Assembly (NCBI GenBank): GCA_964484655.1
Contig: CAZAFA010000003.1
Span: 28,147 to 92,146, forward strand
Source of the DNA: an uncultured Candidatus Saccharibacteria bacterium
GTDB lineage: Bacteria; Patescibacteriota; Minisyncoccia; UBA6257; 2-01-FULL-56-20
Direction: 5' to 3'
Length of the DNA: 64,000 nt
Under the pieces are notes generated by a model. That model ran no database searches, had not been told where the DNA came from, and was given only the letters and a program-made list of their open reading frames with translations. The stretch's first letter is position 1. Each line of letters opens with the position of its first letter. This document shows positions 29,221 through 37,806 of this stretch, one piece after another. The position numbers and the translations under genes are program-made.

Positions 29221-30561
29221 ATGGCACGCCGCACCGGCCCGCTGGTAGCGCTCGCAGGCATCGCCGCCCTCGCGGCGCTCTGCGTCGCCTCGCCGCGCTT
29301 CCTCGCCTTCTTCCATCACTACGCGAACTTCCTCGCCGTCGGGAGATCCTCGACGAAGCTGGCCGCGCTCGGCATCCTCGCGGCGATCGCCTGCGTCGCG
29401 CTCCTCATGCGTCCTCTGATGGCGGAATCACGTGCACGCAAGCTCCTCCACGGATGCCTCTACGCGCTGCTCGGCATCTCGCTGCTCTCCACGCTCGGCA
29501 TGGCTCTCCTGGGCGCGCGCATGGGCGTCCCCCTCAACACGACCTTCTACGCGGTCAACGACCGTGAGTTCAGCTTCAGCCACCTGACCCACAGCCATCT
29601 CCTCAGGCCAGTCAGCTATCCGGCACAGGCTGTCGTCAGCAACGAGGTCGGCACCGCATGGTTCGACGTGCTGCGTACGTTCTTCGGGATACCCCGTCCG
29701 GCGCTCGTCGCATTCTACGGCGCCTATGCGGCCTTCCTCGCCGTACTCGGCATCGCGAGCCTCGCGTACCTCCAGCACCTGCGCGGCGGCGCGCTCATCG
29801 CGCTCTATCTCGCCGGCATCGCCGCGGTCCTCAAGAGCGGCGTGGACGGCGCGTTCCTGGACCTCGCGGCGCTGCTCGGGATCCTCGTCATCGGATGGAT
29901 GCTGCGGGACCGCTTCCTGGCGCTGCTGCCGGTTCCCTTCCTCGTCTTGAACGCGTACGTCTGGTTCACGCCGACCTACGGCGCGCAGCTCGCCGTCAGC
30001 CTCATGCTCTTCGGATGCCTCGCGCTGATCCTCGCCGCGACGCGTTCCCGCGGCATCCTCCGCCTCGCCAGCTCCGGGGCAGCCCTGCTCGTCGCGCTCG
30101 CCTTCGTCTGGGGCGGGAGCCGGGTCTCCTTCTTCGGCGGCGACGCAGAAGCCGCGACGCCTTCGGACGAGCCTGTCATCCCGGCCCAGCAGGCCGTGTA
30201 CTTCCTCCCGCGCGGATCCGGCTTCCCGCAACGGGTCACGACGACCGCGACGACGAGCCCGGCTGCGTTCGTGCGCGCGCACGACGCGGTCTTCGAGAAC
30301 CTCCAGGAATCGCTGCGCATGCCAGACAGCACCTGCCGCGAAGGCCAGCGGCAGATGCTCCTCACGAGGATACGCATCTTCACGCCGGCTGCGGAAGCCG
30401 CGGAGTCGTTCAGCGTGCCCCCCTGGATCGAAGCTGCCTACAGCAACGGGTACTACCGCGTCACCATGGATTCCTGCATGCCGAACCTCCTGCCTTCGCT
30501 GGTCAGGACCGTGAAGACGAGGTTCCCTGACGAGGTCATCGTGATCGCCTTCCTGCGCTAG
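29221..30561 (+). CDS. Polytopic membrane protein with C-terminal extracytoplasmic domain, unknown function
   Basis: About 9-10 hydrophobic segments; TATACT 7 nt before ATG; host-like codon usage. Confidence 0.75.
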   Translation: MARRTGPLVALAGIAALAALCVASPRFLAFFHHYANFLAVGRSSTKLAALGILAAIACVALLMRPLMAESRARKLLHGCLYALLGISLLSTLGMALLGARMGVPLNTTFYAVNDREFSFSHLTHSHLLRPVSYPAQAVVSNEVGTAWFDVLRTFFGIPRPALVAFYGAYAAFLAVLGIASLAYLQHLRGGALIALYLAGIAAVLKSGVDGAFLDLAALLGILVIGWMLRDRFLALLPVPFLVLNAYVWFTPTYGAQLAVSLMLFGCLALILAATRSRGILRLASSGAALLVALAFVWGGSRVSFFGGDAEAATPSDEPVIPAQQAVYFLPRGSGFPQRVTTTATTSPAAFVRAHDAVFENLQESLRMPDSTCREGQRQMLLTRIRIFTPAAEAAESFSVPPWIEAAYSNGYYRVTMDSCMPNLLPSLVRTVKTRFPDEVIVIAFLR

Positions 30562-31066
30562 CGGCGTGCAGGGCAGCAGAGCGGATGCCGAACGCCGCCG
30601 CCGCGGCGTTCGCGGTCGCCTGGAACCCGAAGACGAAGACGAGGTAATATACAGCTGAGAATCCTGGCGGATGCACGTCCAGGAGAGACAAGCCGATGAT
30701 CACCGCCAGCGCGTAGTCGACGTGGTCGAGTACCGACCGCGTGCCCTCCTTCATGCCCAGCCGGCGCTTGACGAAGCTGCTCGCGAGAGTGCCGGCAAGC
30801 GCGAAGAGCCCGAGCATGAAGCCGAGCCTCGGATCGCCTTGCAGCCATCCCACCGTCCCGGCGCAGAGTACAATGAACGCGGAACCGGCGACGGTACGGC
30901 TGTCCCCGAGGATGCGATGGCGGCCGAGACGTCGCCCGCCATCGAGCGGCGTCGCGGGCAGGATCCGCCAGCGCGCGATCAGGAAGTACCAGAAGACGGC
31001 GGTCGCGGCGTTCGCGATCCAAGCAGGAGCACCGTACCACACGGTGCTCATGAGCAGATCGATCAT
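30536..31066 (-). CDS. CDP-archaeol synthase (CarS)-like membrane protein
   Basis: PAWIANA, PLDGG...ILGDSRT, SSFVKRRLG, LDHVD match the CarS/CTP_transf_1 pattern; ATGA overlap with upstream gene. Confidence 0.75.
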   Translation of the reverse strand: MIDLLMSTVWYGAPAWIANAATAVFWYFLIARWRILPATPLDGGRRLGRHRILGDSRTVAGSAFIVLCAGTVGWLQGDPRLGFMLGLFALAGTLASSFVKRRLGMKEGTRSVLDHVDYALAVIIGLSLLDVHPPGFSAVYYLVFVFGFQATANAAAAAFGIRSAALHAASAGRRSR

Positions 31067-32718
31067 CTAGGCGTCATCGGGTCTGGGGGTTCGTCGCCGC
31101 CGCCCGGAGGAGGCGCTCCAAAGTACAAATTATGCAAGGCGATGATATCGCTCTGGCTAAGGGCCCCGTTATAGATGCGCAGCTCGTCAATGGTGATGTC
31201 ACCATCTCCCTTGTTACCGAGGCTCATATAGTCTCCGAATATTGACGTTTCGCTCGATGCAGGATGCGAAGGATTGCTCCCATACGTCTCGAAGAGCAGG
31301 ATGCCATCCTGATACACCATGCCATGCCCACCCTCGCGAACAATGGTTATCATCTTCCAACTATACGGGGCAAGCGTGTTGGTATTAGCTGAAAGCCAGG
31401 TAGCCCATCCTCCGTCAGCTTTTGACTCACCAAAAAAGGACCAACCGCTTGGGTCTCCACCGTATCCCGAGATGCGACTTCCCGCCTGTAGGCGAATATG
31501 GTAATCGACCTGCAATCCGTCGAGGTCACCCTTCTTGAAGACATTCCATTGCCGAGATGAATCAGACACGGACCCGTCCGCGTTAACGTTCCATAGGAAG
31601 TTGATACTCATATCTCCAGGGAGCTGCATGGACGGTGAATCGGGCACGGTCATTCGATTGTTTGAAAAGAGCATACCTGTGTTGCTGAAGCCGGCTGGCC
31701 ACGAATTTATGTCGAAGGTGCCATAGTTCAAATATTCACTGTTGTCTCCAGCGGTATTGCCGCTACCCTCGTCAAAAGACCAATGTCCGACTAATGTCGC
31801 GATTACTCCGCAAGTATTGTTCGCGTTGTAGATGCTGTCATTACAGTCGATGCCTACCTGCTGTATATAGCGCCGCCTGCCGTTGGTAGGAGCGGAATCT
31901 TGCAGATACATCGTACTGGCCGCAGGATAACCGTCTGCATCAGAGTCAACCTGCCAGATGTTTGTCTGAAGGATGGCACAGCCGCCGCAGAGCGCGATAC
32001 TTCCGTTCGAAAGGATCGAAATTTGCATACCGCTGTTGAAAGCGAAGTTTGCATTAAGCGTCAAGGAATTATTGATGGTAACGTTGCCGTTATCGACTCC
32101 GTCCGCTGACGATATGACGCAGGGATCGTCCTTGTCCCCAAGGGTATAGTCGCCTCCTGGTGGAATACCGCAGGCGTCGGACCAAGCGAGAACCACTGAT
32201 GAGGAATCATTACCTGCCTCGGCCGTGATGGTCGTATAGTACTTGGTGTTATGCGTGTCGTGCACGACCCACTCTCCACGATAGCGTCCGCGAATAACCT
32301 CATCTGCAAAAGCATTCTGCGTATTGGTCTTTTCGCGACCAGCTACGAAGCCGGCAAGCCGATCCGGCACAGCCTCAGCAACTCCGACATAAGCTAGATT
32401 CAACCGAACGATCTTGTTGTCAGTCTCAATGTCAGCATAGACCGCAGTGACCGGTCCGCGAGATTCGATGACCGCCTCGATGACCTGCGTGTCGCCGACG
32501 TGCACATCAGGCGGGTTGATCGTCGCCTGGACGATCTTCGGCCATACCTCGGCCGCCTGTGCGATCGAGTAAGTCTGCTCGCCGCTCGGCAGGTTCGCGA
32601 GAGGTCCCGTTGGTGCAGGTTTGTCGAGCTTGTCGTAGTAGCTTATCGGGAGGAGTGCGAGCACCGCAATCGCGAGAAGGCTCCCCGCTCCTAAGCCGAA
32701 CATGAGTTTCCTATTCAT
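31063..32718 (-). CDS. Secreted LamG (concanavalin A-like) domain protein with DxDxDG/DCND motif
   Basis: N-terminal TM/signal; DSDADGYP...DCNDS; LVGHWSFDEGSG...IDELRIYNGALS; lower GC. Confidence 0.8.
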   Translation of the reverse strand: MNRKLMFGLGAGSLLAIAVLALLPISYYDKLDKPAPTGPLANLPSGEQTYSIAQAAEVWPKIVQATINPPDVHVGDTQVIEAVIESRGPVTAVYADIETDNKIVRLNLAYVGVAEAVPDRLAGFVAGREKTNTQNAFADEVIRGRYRGEWVVHDTHNTKYYTTITAEAGNDSSSVVLAWSDACGIPPGGDYTLGDKDDPCVISSADGVDNGNVTINNSLTLNANFAFNSGMQISILSNGSIALCGGCAILQTNIWQVDSDADGYPAASTMYLQDSAPTNGRRRYIQQVGIDCNDSIYNANNTCGVIATLVGHWSFDEGSGNTAGDNSEYLNYGTFDINSWPAGFSNTGMLFSNNRMTVPDSPSMQLPGDMSINFLWNVNADGSVSDSSRQWNVFKKGDLDGLQVDYHIRLQAGSRISGYGGDPSGWSFFGESKADGGWATWLSANTNTLAPYSWKMITIVREGGHGMVYQDGILLFETYGSNPSHPASSETSIFGDYMSLGNKGDGDITIDELRIYNGALSQSDIIALHNLYFGAPPPGGGDEPPDPMTPR

Positions 32719-32721
32719 GCT

Positions 32722-35700
32722 CTACGGGATTATGAAGCCGGTCGCCTTGTCGGTTGTGCGGTTGCTCCACGAATCAGCATCGAACCGCGGCGCGGTAAAG
32801 CGATAGCTGACCTCGACCGAGTCGCGCTTCTCGAACGGGGTAGCGATGATGGTCAGCGTGCCGTCGCCCTTCTCGTAGCGTACGCGGCCGTCGAAGCCAG
32901 GAGTCAGGAGGATTGAGGCCTTCGGTAGATGCTTGCGGATGTCGGTCACCTTGCCGAAGAGCCAGAGATCGGAGCCATGGTCCTCCTTGGCGAAGTCGAT
33001 GAGCTTCACGCAGCGGCCGTCCACGCATGAAATCTCGAGATCGCCAGCGACCTCTTCCTTCACGCCGATCATACCGGCCATGTAGGTCGCGAACTTTTCG
33101 TTTCCAATCTGATAGATCGGGTCGATAGTACCGACGTTGATCTTTCCTGCGCCATCTCCGATGGTGAGCGTATCCCCTGAGCTGGTACCGATTCGCGCGG
33201 TCGTGCCGCCGGCGCTTGCGACGTCGAGCAGGTACCCCGGCGTCTTGGTGCCGATACCCACGTTGCCGCTCGCGAAGAAGGTGTAGACTCCGCCGCCGCC
33301 GCCTGACGCGAGAGCGATCTGGTTGGTGGTCGTGCCGAGATACCCGTTGCGGAACTGGATCGCCGACCACCAACTCCCCTCACCTTCGATCGTCAGGCCG
33401 TTGTAGCCGTTGTCATAGATCCGGTTGCTGATGCTGCCGTTGCTGTGCCAGGCAAGCGAGGATGAGGTGTTCATGATCAGGCGATCCGTGGATCCGAAGT
33501 TCGGGAAGGCAGAGGCGCCTGAGATTCCAAGTACTAAGTTTCCGCTCTGCGTGATGCTGGCGATTTCGTTGCCGCCTGTGTTGAAGATACCGAGGCGATT
33601 TGCTGGAAGGCTCACGTCGTTGCTGCCACGGTTATCGACGAACCAGGTGTTCGAATTGCTCGTGAAGTTGATGCCGGCGATACCAGATCCCGTGCTCGCG
33701 GCTATCCGCGCCTGGCTGCTGCCGGTTGTGCCGACGCTCAAGAGGTTACCGCTGGCGGTTGTACTCAGCGTCACAGTGCCTGGGAACGTGTAGTTCCCGC
33801 CGCCGGTGTTCGCGCCGAAACTTCCCGAAGAAACGTTGGCTGCCGCGATCGTGCCACTGCCGCTGGCTGCGGTTGTCTGTGTCGTGCCGTCCGGGAAACG
33901 GAATCCGCCCGACGAGCTATAGATGGTACCAGCGACTGTAAGCTTGTAGCCAGGCGTCGTTGTGGCAATACCTACGTTTCCGTTCGCTTGTATCTTCATC
34001 AAATTACCGCCACCCGCGCTTGTGAACTGCCAGTATTCATTAGTTCCACAGCCGGTCGAACCAAAGGTAACTTGCTGCGCTCCTGCTATGTACTGGGCGA
34101 ACATACCGCAGGAATCAGCAGCATTATTCGCGAAATAAAGTGCCCCACTTCCAATATCAAGGCGTCCACTTGGTGTAGCGATGCCAATACCGACGCTCCC
34201 GTCTGATCGAACGGTGAGGCGCTGCGTGCCACCAGTTGAAAGACTGATGGTGTCGCCTCCGCTCCAATACAAACCTGTATTGGTATCACCTATCGCGGCC
34301 AGCGACGGTGCTGCCGCGGATCCGTTCGTCATCCCAACCGTGCCGTCGGCCATGACGCCAAAGTTGGTGCCCGTTCCACCGACACCTCCATCACCCGCGG
34401 GACCGACGCAGAAGCGATATGTGCCACCATAGCATCCTATGCCGACCTGCTGACCGAGGAAATAGGTATCCCAGCCACCGCCTGCGCCGATCACCGTGTT
34501 GCTCGGATTGTTGCTGTTACCGATGACAAGTCTGCCGAGCGGCTGATTCGATACCGCATTGAGCGTGGTGAAGCCGGCACCTCCTGTTGCACTCACGTTG
34601 AAGTAGTAATTACCGCTGGCATCACCGTTGAAGCGTACACTGCCAGGGAAGGTATAAATGCCGCCGCCAGTATTTGCCCCAAACTGTCCGGATGAAACAT
34701 TTGCGGCAGACATTGTTCCCGCTGCCGCCGTCGTCTGAGTCGTACCATCGGGGAACCGGAACCCACCTGAGGAGCTATGAATAGTGCCTACTACTTGGAG
34801 CTTGTACTGGGGATCGCTGGTGCCTATGCCGACATTACTAGTGCTCCAGTCAATATTGAGAAGATCGACCCCGGCCGTCTCGTCCCGAATGATGAAATCG
34901 TAGTAACGCCCGGTCACTGCAGCTCCGCCGTACGGAGTAAGGATGCTGTACGTCTTTGTGTTGGAGCCGTTACCTGACGCGATCCGCATCGCAGCATCGT
35001 TCTGGTACGTATTTGATCCAAGCTGGAGTAAGGATCCGGGGCTTGTCGTTCCGATACCCGTGTTGCCGTTAGCCAGAATTGTCATACGTACGTTCGCGTT
35101 CGTGCCAAAACTCAAGGGATGATTCGAATATGTGCCAAGAATCATGCCCGCTGGTGCGCCCCACCAACCGATCTCATGCGCGAGAACGCGTGCATCGATA
35201 GCTGCAGTACGAACTGATAGCTTCGCGTGGCTGGCGCCAAGGATATCGAGTACGCGGCTCCAACCCTCACTATTCTCTGGCGAAGTGGTCCCCACTACGA
35301 CATGCGCAGGAAAGGCGTAATTTCCGCCTCCAGTGTTAGCGCCGAACGAACCAGCGGAGATGTTTGCTGCTGCCATAGTACTACTTCCAGAAACAGCTGC
35401 CGTCGACTGTGTCGTACCGTCAGGGAACATGATGTAGCCCGCGCTAGTGATCGAAAGAAGTCTGGTGCCCGCGCTATTCTGGGTATCGATGATGTTTGCC
35501 GACTGGCTGGCTGCTCCGCGCACAACCATGACTGGCTGCGTCGCGGTCCAGGCATTGCCGAAGAAGTTCGCTGCCGACTGCGCGCTGCCGACGCCGAAGT
35601 AGGAGCGCATATTGGCCGTGTCATAACCGAAATTCGTGCCAAGGATACCGGTCGTGGTAATTCGGAACTGTTCTGTTGAATTTGGCCTGAATACAAACGG

Positions 35701-36354
35701 AAGTGAAGCATTAGTATCAAACCAGAGTCCGGTGCCTCCGTATCCGAAGATGGTTCCGACCGGGGATCCGTTACCAACAAAGCTAATTGTAGGATAGTAG
35801 CCCCCTGCAGGAGCATAGAGTGTCAGACCCGGGTTTACTGAGGACACGTCGGCATAGATACGACTACCGCCCAAACTCGTCCTGTTAATATCGAGATTAT
35901 ATGAGGGAGCGGTACCGATACCGACGCTTGAAGGGAAGGTATAGTTCCCGCCACCCGTGTTCGCACCGAACTGGCCCGAGGAGACGTTCGGGGCTGACAT
36001 GGTGCTGCCCAGCGCGGTCCCGTTCACAGTCAGCGTCCCCTGGACGTTGGTCGTGCCGTCGTTGCGCACCCAGAAGAGCGAGGATCCGGCGGAGTTGTAG
36101 GCGTGGACGGCATACGCCGCGGAGGTCGTGCCGCTGCCGTAGACGTTCAGGCGGTTCGCCGACGCGACCGTGCTCGATCCGATAGCGACGTTGTTACTCG
36201 CATCGGTCGCGATTGCGCCGCTGCCGACGCCGCCAGAACCGGAAGGCCCGATGAACGCGTCAGCGACGCTGATCGCGATCACGCCCGCTGCGATGAGGCC
36301 GGATACGCCGAGCGCGATCAGCCCGAACGCTGGTGATGACTGCCGGAGGCGCAT
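32722..36354 (-). CDS. Large secreted modular fibre/adhesin-like protein (1210 aa)
   Basis: Signal/TM; Gly/Ser/Thr-rich; recurring GNVGIGT-type motifs; four copies of xxAxNVSSGxFGANTGGGxYxFP. Confidence 0.85.
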   Translation of the reverse strand: MRLRQSSPAFGLIALGVSGLIAAGVIAISVADAFIGPSGSGGVGSGAIATDASNNVAIGSSTVASANRLNVYGSGTTSAAYAVHAYNSAGSSLFWVRNDGTTNVQGTLTVNGTALGSTMSAPNVSSGQFGANTGGGNYTFPSSVGIGTAPSYNLDINRTSLGGSRIYADVSSVNPGLTLYAPAGGYYPTISFVGNGSPVGTIFGYGGTGLWFDTNASLPFVFRPNSTEQFRITTTGILGTNFGYDTANMRSYFGVGSAQSAANFFGNAWTATQPVMVVRGAASQSANIIDTQNSAGTRLLSITSAGYIMFPDGTTQSTAAVSGSSTMAAANISAGSFGANTGGGNYAFPAHVVVGTTSPENSEGWSRVLDILGASHAKLSVRTAAIDARVLAHEIGWWGAPAGMILGTYSNHPLSFGTNANVRMTILANGNTGIGTTSPGSLLQLGSNTYQNDAAMRIASGNGSNTKTYSILTPYGGAAVTGRYYDFIIRDETAGVDLLNIDWSTSNVGIGTSDPQYKLQVVGTIHSSSGGFRFPDGTTQTTAAAGTMSAANVSSGQFGANTGGGIYTFPGSVRFNGDASGNYYFNVSATGGAGFTTLNAVSNQPLGRLVIGNSNNPSNTVIGAGGGWDTYFLGQQVGIGCYGGTYRFCVGPAGDGGVGGTGTNFGVMADGTVGMTNGSAAAPSLAAIGDTNTGLYWSGGDTISLSTGGTQRLTVRSDGSVGIGIATPSGRLDIGSGALYFANNAADSCGMFAQYIAGAQQVTFGSTGCGTNEYWQFTSAGGGNLMKIQANGNVGIATTTPGYKLTVAGTIYSSSGGFRFPDGTTQTTAASGSGTIAAANVSSGSFGANTGGGNYTFPGTVTLSTTASGNLLSVGTTGSSQARIAASTGSGIAGINFTSNSNTWFVDNRGSNDVSLPANRLGIFNTGGNEIASITQSGNLVLGISGASAFPNFGSTDRLIMNTSSSLAWHSNGSISNRIYDNGYNGLTIEGEGSWWSAIQFRNGYLGTTTNQIALASGGGGGVYTFFASGNVGIGTKTPGYLLDVASAGGTTARIGTSSGDTLTIGDGAGKINVGTIDPIYQIGNEKFATYMAGMIGVKEEVAGDLEISCVDGRCVKLIDFAKEDHGSDLWLFGKVTDIRKHLPKASILLTPGFDGRVRYEKGDGTLTIIATPFEKRDSVEVSYRFTAPRFDADSWSNRTTDKATGFIIP
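33781..36000 (-). repeat. Four dispersed copies of a 69-bp (23-aa) coding repeat
   Basis: Copies at 35932-36000, 35308-35376, 34645-34713, 33781-33849; the last three are preceded by FPDGTTQ(S/T)TAA. Confidence 0.85.
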
Positions 36355-36363
36355 GGGTACCGC

Positions 36364-36927
36364 TTAGCGCGACGCGACGACGAGATAGCCGATCGGGCCT
36401 TGCGAGGGACCGCCGAGGTTGCTGCAGAAGAACTGGTACTTGCCGGTCGCGGTCGCAGGCGGCGTCACTTCGATGAGCTGTTCGCGCTGCGACGTGAACG
36501 TTGCAGAGAGCCCGAGGTCGGGCTGCACGAACGAGCAGGTGCCGCTGGTCGTCTTGAAGCGGATCGAGGTCGTATCGCCAGCGTGCACGATAACATTCGC
36601 AGGTGAGAACGTGTTTCCGTTGAACGTAATGTCGAACGTGCGCCGCTTTGCCTCGACACCCGGCGCGGCCGGAGCGACGCTTACCGGCACGGCGACATCG
36701 CCGCTTACCTGTGCGCCCGCGTCAGGTACGACGATGTCGGTTGGGACTTCGGACCGGGTCGTCGTCGTCGCTACACCTTGGTTCTGGTTGCCGTTCTGAC
36801 CTCCCTGTCCGGCGGGAGCCTTACGGGCGATCGACCAGCCGATGAGCAAGCCCGCAGCGAGAACCGCGGCGAGGATAGCTATCTCGGCGACCGTCACGAG
36901 ACGAGAGCGAGTTTCGGGGTTGTTCAT
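36364..36927 (-). CDS. Membrane-anchored cupredoxin-fold protein
   Basis: TM helix, then FSPANVIVHAGD...GKYQFFCS; TATGAT 6 nt before ATG 36927. Confidence 0.75.
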   Translation of the reverse strand: MNNPETRSRLVTVAEIAILAAVLAAGLLIGWSIARKAPAGQGGQNGNQNQGVATTTTRSEVPTDIVVPDAGAQVSGDVAVPVSVAPAAPGVEAKRRTFDITFNGNTFSPANVIVHAGDTTSIRFKTTSGTCSFVQPDLGLSATFTSQREQLIEVTPPATATGKYQFFCSNLGGPSQGPIGYLVVASR

Positions 36928-36970
36928 GGGAATATCATACCACAGCGGATATGCGATCCGCTGGGGATTA

Positions 36971-37780
36971 CTAGAGCGCGACCCAGACGTAGCTCGAGCT
37001 TGCGTTCCGCAGGCACGCCTCAATCGAGTCGCTCCCCGCTCCGGCCTGGGTCACCCAGAGCATGCCGCGGATGCTGCTGGTACAGCTCGGCTTCCCGGAA
37101 GCGGTGTTCAGGCGCACGCCGCCGTCCACCTCGAGCTTCGCGTTCGGGCTCGCCGAGCCGATGCCTACATTGCCCGAGGAGAAGTAGATGACGTCGTTGA
37201 TGTTGCTCCAGAGCTGTCCGCTCGCGCCGAGCTTGTACGCGTTGCTCGAGCTCGGGAGGACGTCCGCGTCGAAGCTCGCGGCGGAGACGCGCGTCACGAG
37301 GACGTCCAGGAAGCGCGCGACCTGGCGCGTCGTCGCCTGCGCGTTGCTGATCGTGAGGTTGACGCTGAGCGCGTCCTTGCCGCCCGGGTTGCTCCTCTTG
37401 GTGAACGTCGCGTTCGCGACGGTGACCGCGTCGGTGGTCAGCGCCTGCGCGGCGTCATTCCCCTGCTTCAGCCATACCTTGCTGTCGCTGACCCAGATGC
37501 TCGTCGGGTCCACCGACGAGCTCGCCATGCGCAGCATGACGCCCGAGGAAGCGACGGCGGACGTCCCCTCGATGTAGCTGCTCTGCTCGACGAGGCGCTG
37601 CACCTGCGCGAGCACGAAGTCGCTCTGCTGGTTCACCTCGTTGCTCGCGCTCTGCTTTGCCTGCACGCGGACGACCGCGACGAGGATCGAGATGAAGGAG
37701 ATGCTCACGAGCGCGAAGATCGCCGCGAACAGCAGCAGCTCGATCGTCGAGAATCCCTTTCGCGAGACGGTACGCTTCAT
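36971..37780 (-). CDS. Type IV prepilin-like protein with C-terminal fibre-like (GNVGIG) domain
   Basis: MKRTVSRKG|FSTIELLLFAAIF class III signal (G-1, F+1, E+5); C-terminal GNVGIGSASPNAKLEVDGG...C...C. Confidence 0.85.
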   Translation of the reverse strand: MKRTVSRKGFSTIELLLFAAIFALVSISFISILVAVVRVQAKQSASNEVNQQSDFVLAQVQRLVEQSSYIEGTSAVASSGVMLRMASSSVDPTSIWVSDSKVWLKQGNDAAQALTTDAVTVANATFTKRSNPGGKDALSVNLTISNAQATTRQVARFLDVLVTRVSAASFDADVLPSSSNAYKLGASGQLWSNINDVIYFSSGNVGIGSASPNAKLEVDGGVRLNTASGKPSCTSSIRGMLWVTQAGAGSDSIEACLRNASSSYVWVAL

Positions 37781-37806
37781 GCCGGAAGTATACCGCATCC
37801 GCTCCC

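Noticed and set aside
33781-36000. Repeats as a CRISPR array, DGR TR/VR pair or shufflon
   Set aside because: Copies are 600-870 bp apart, in frame and in direct orientation, and differ mainly at synonymous sites rather than only at adenines; no cas, RT or invertase gene in the window.
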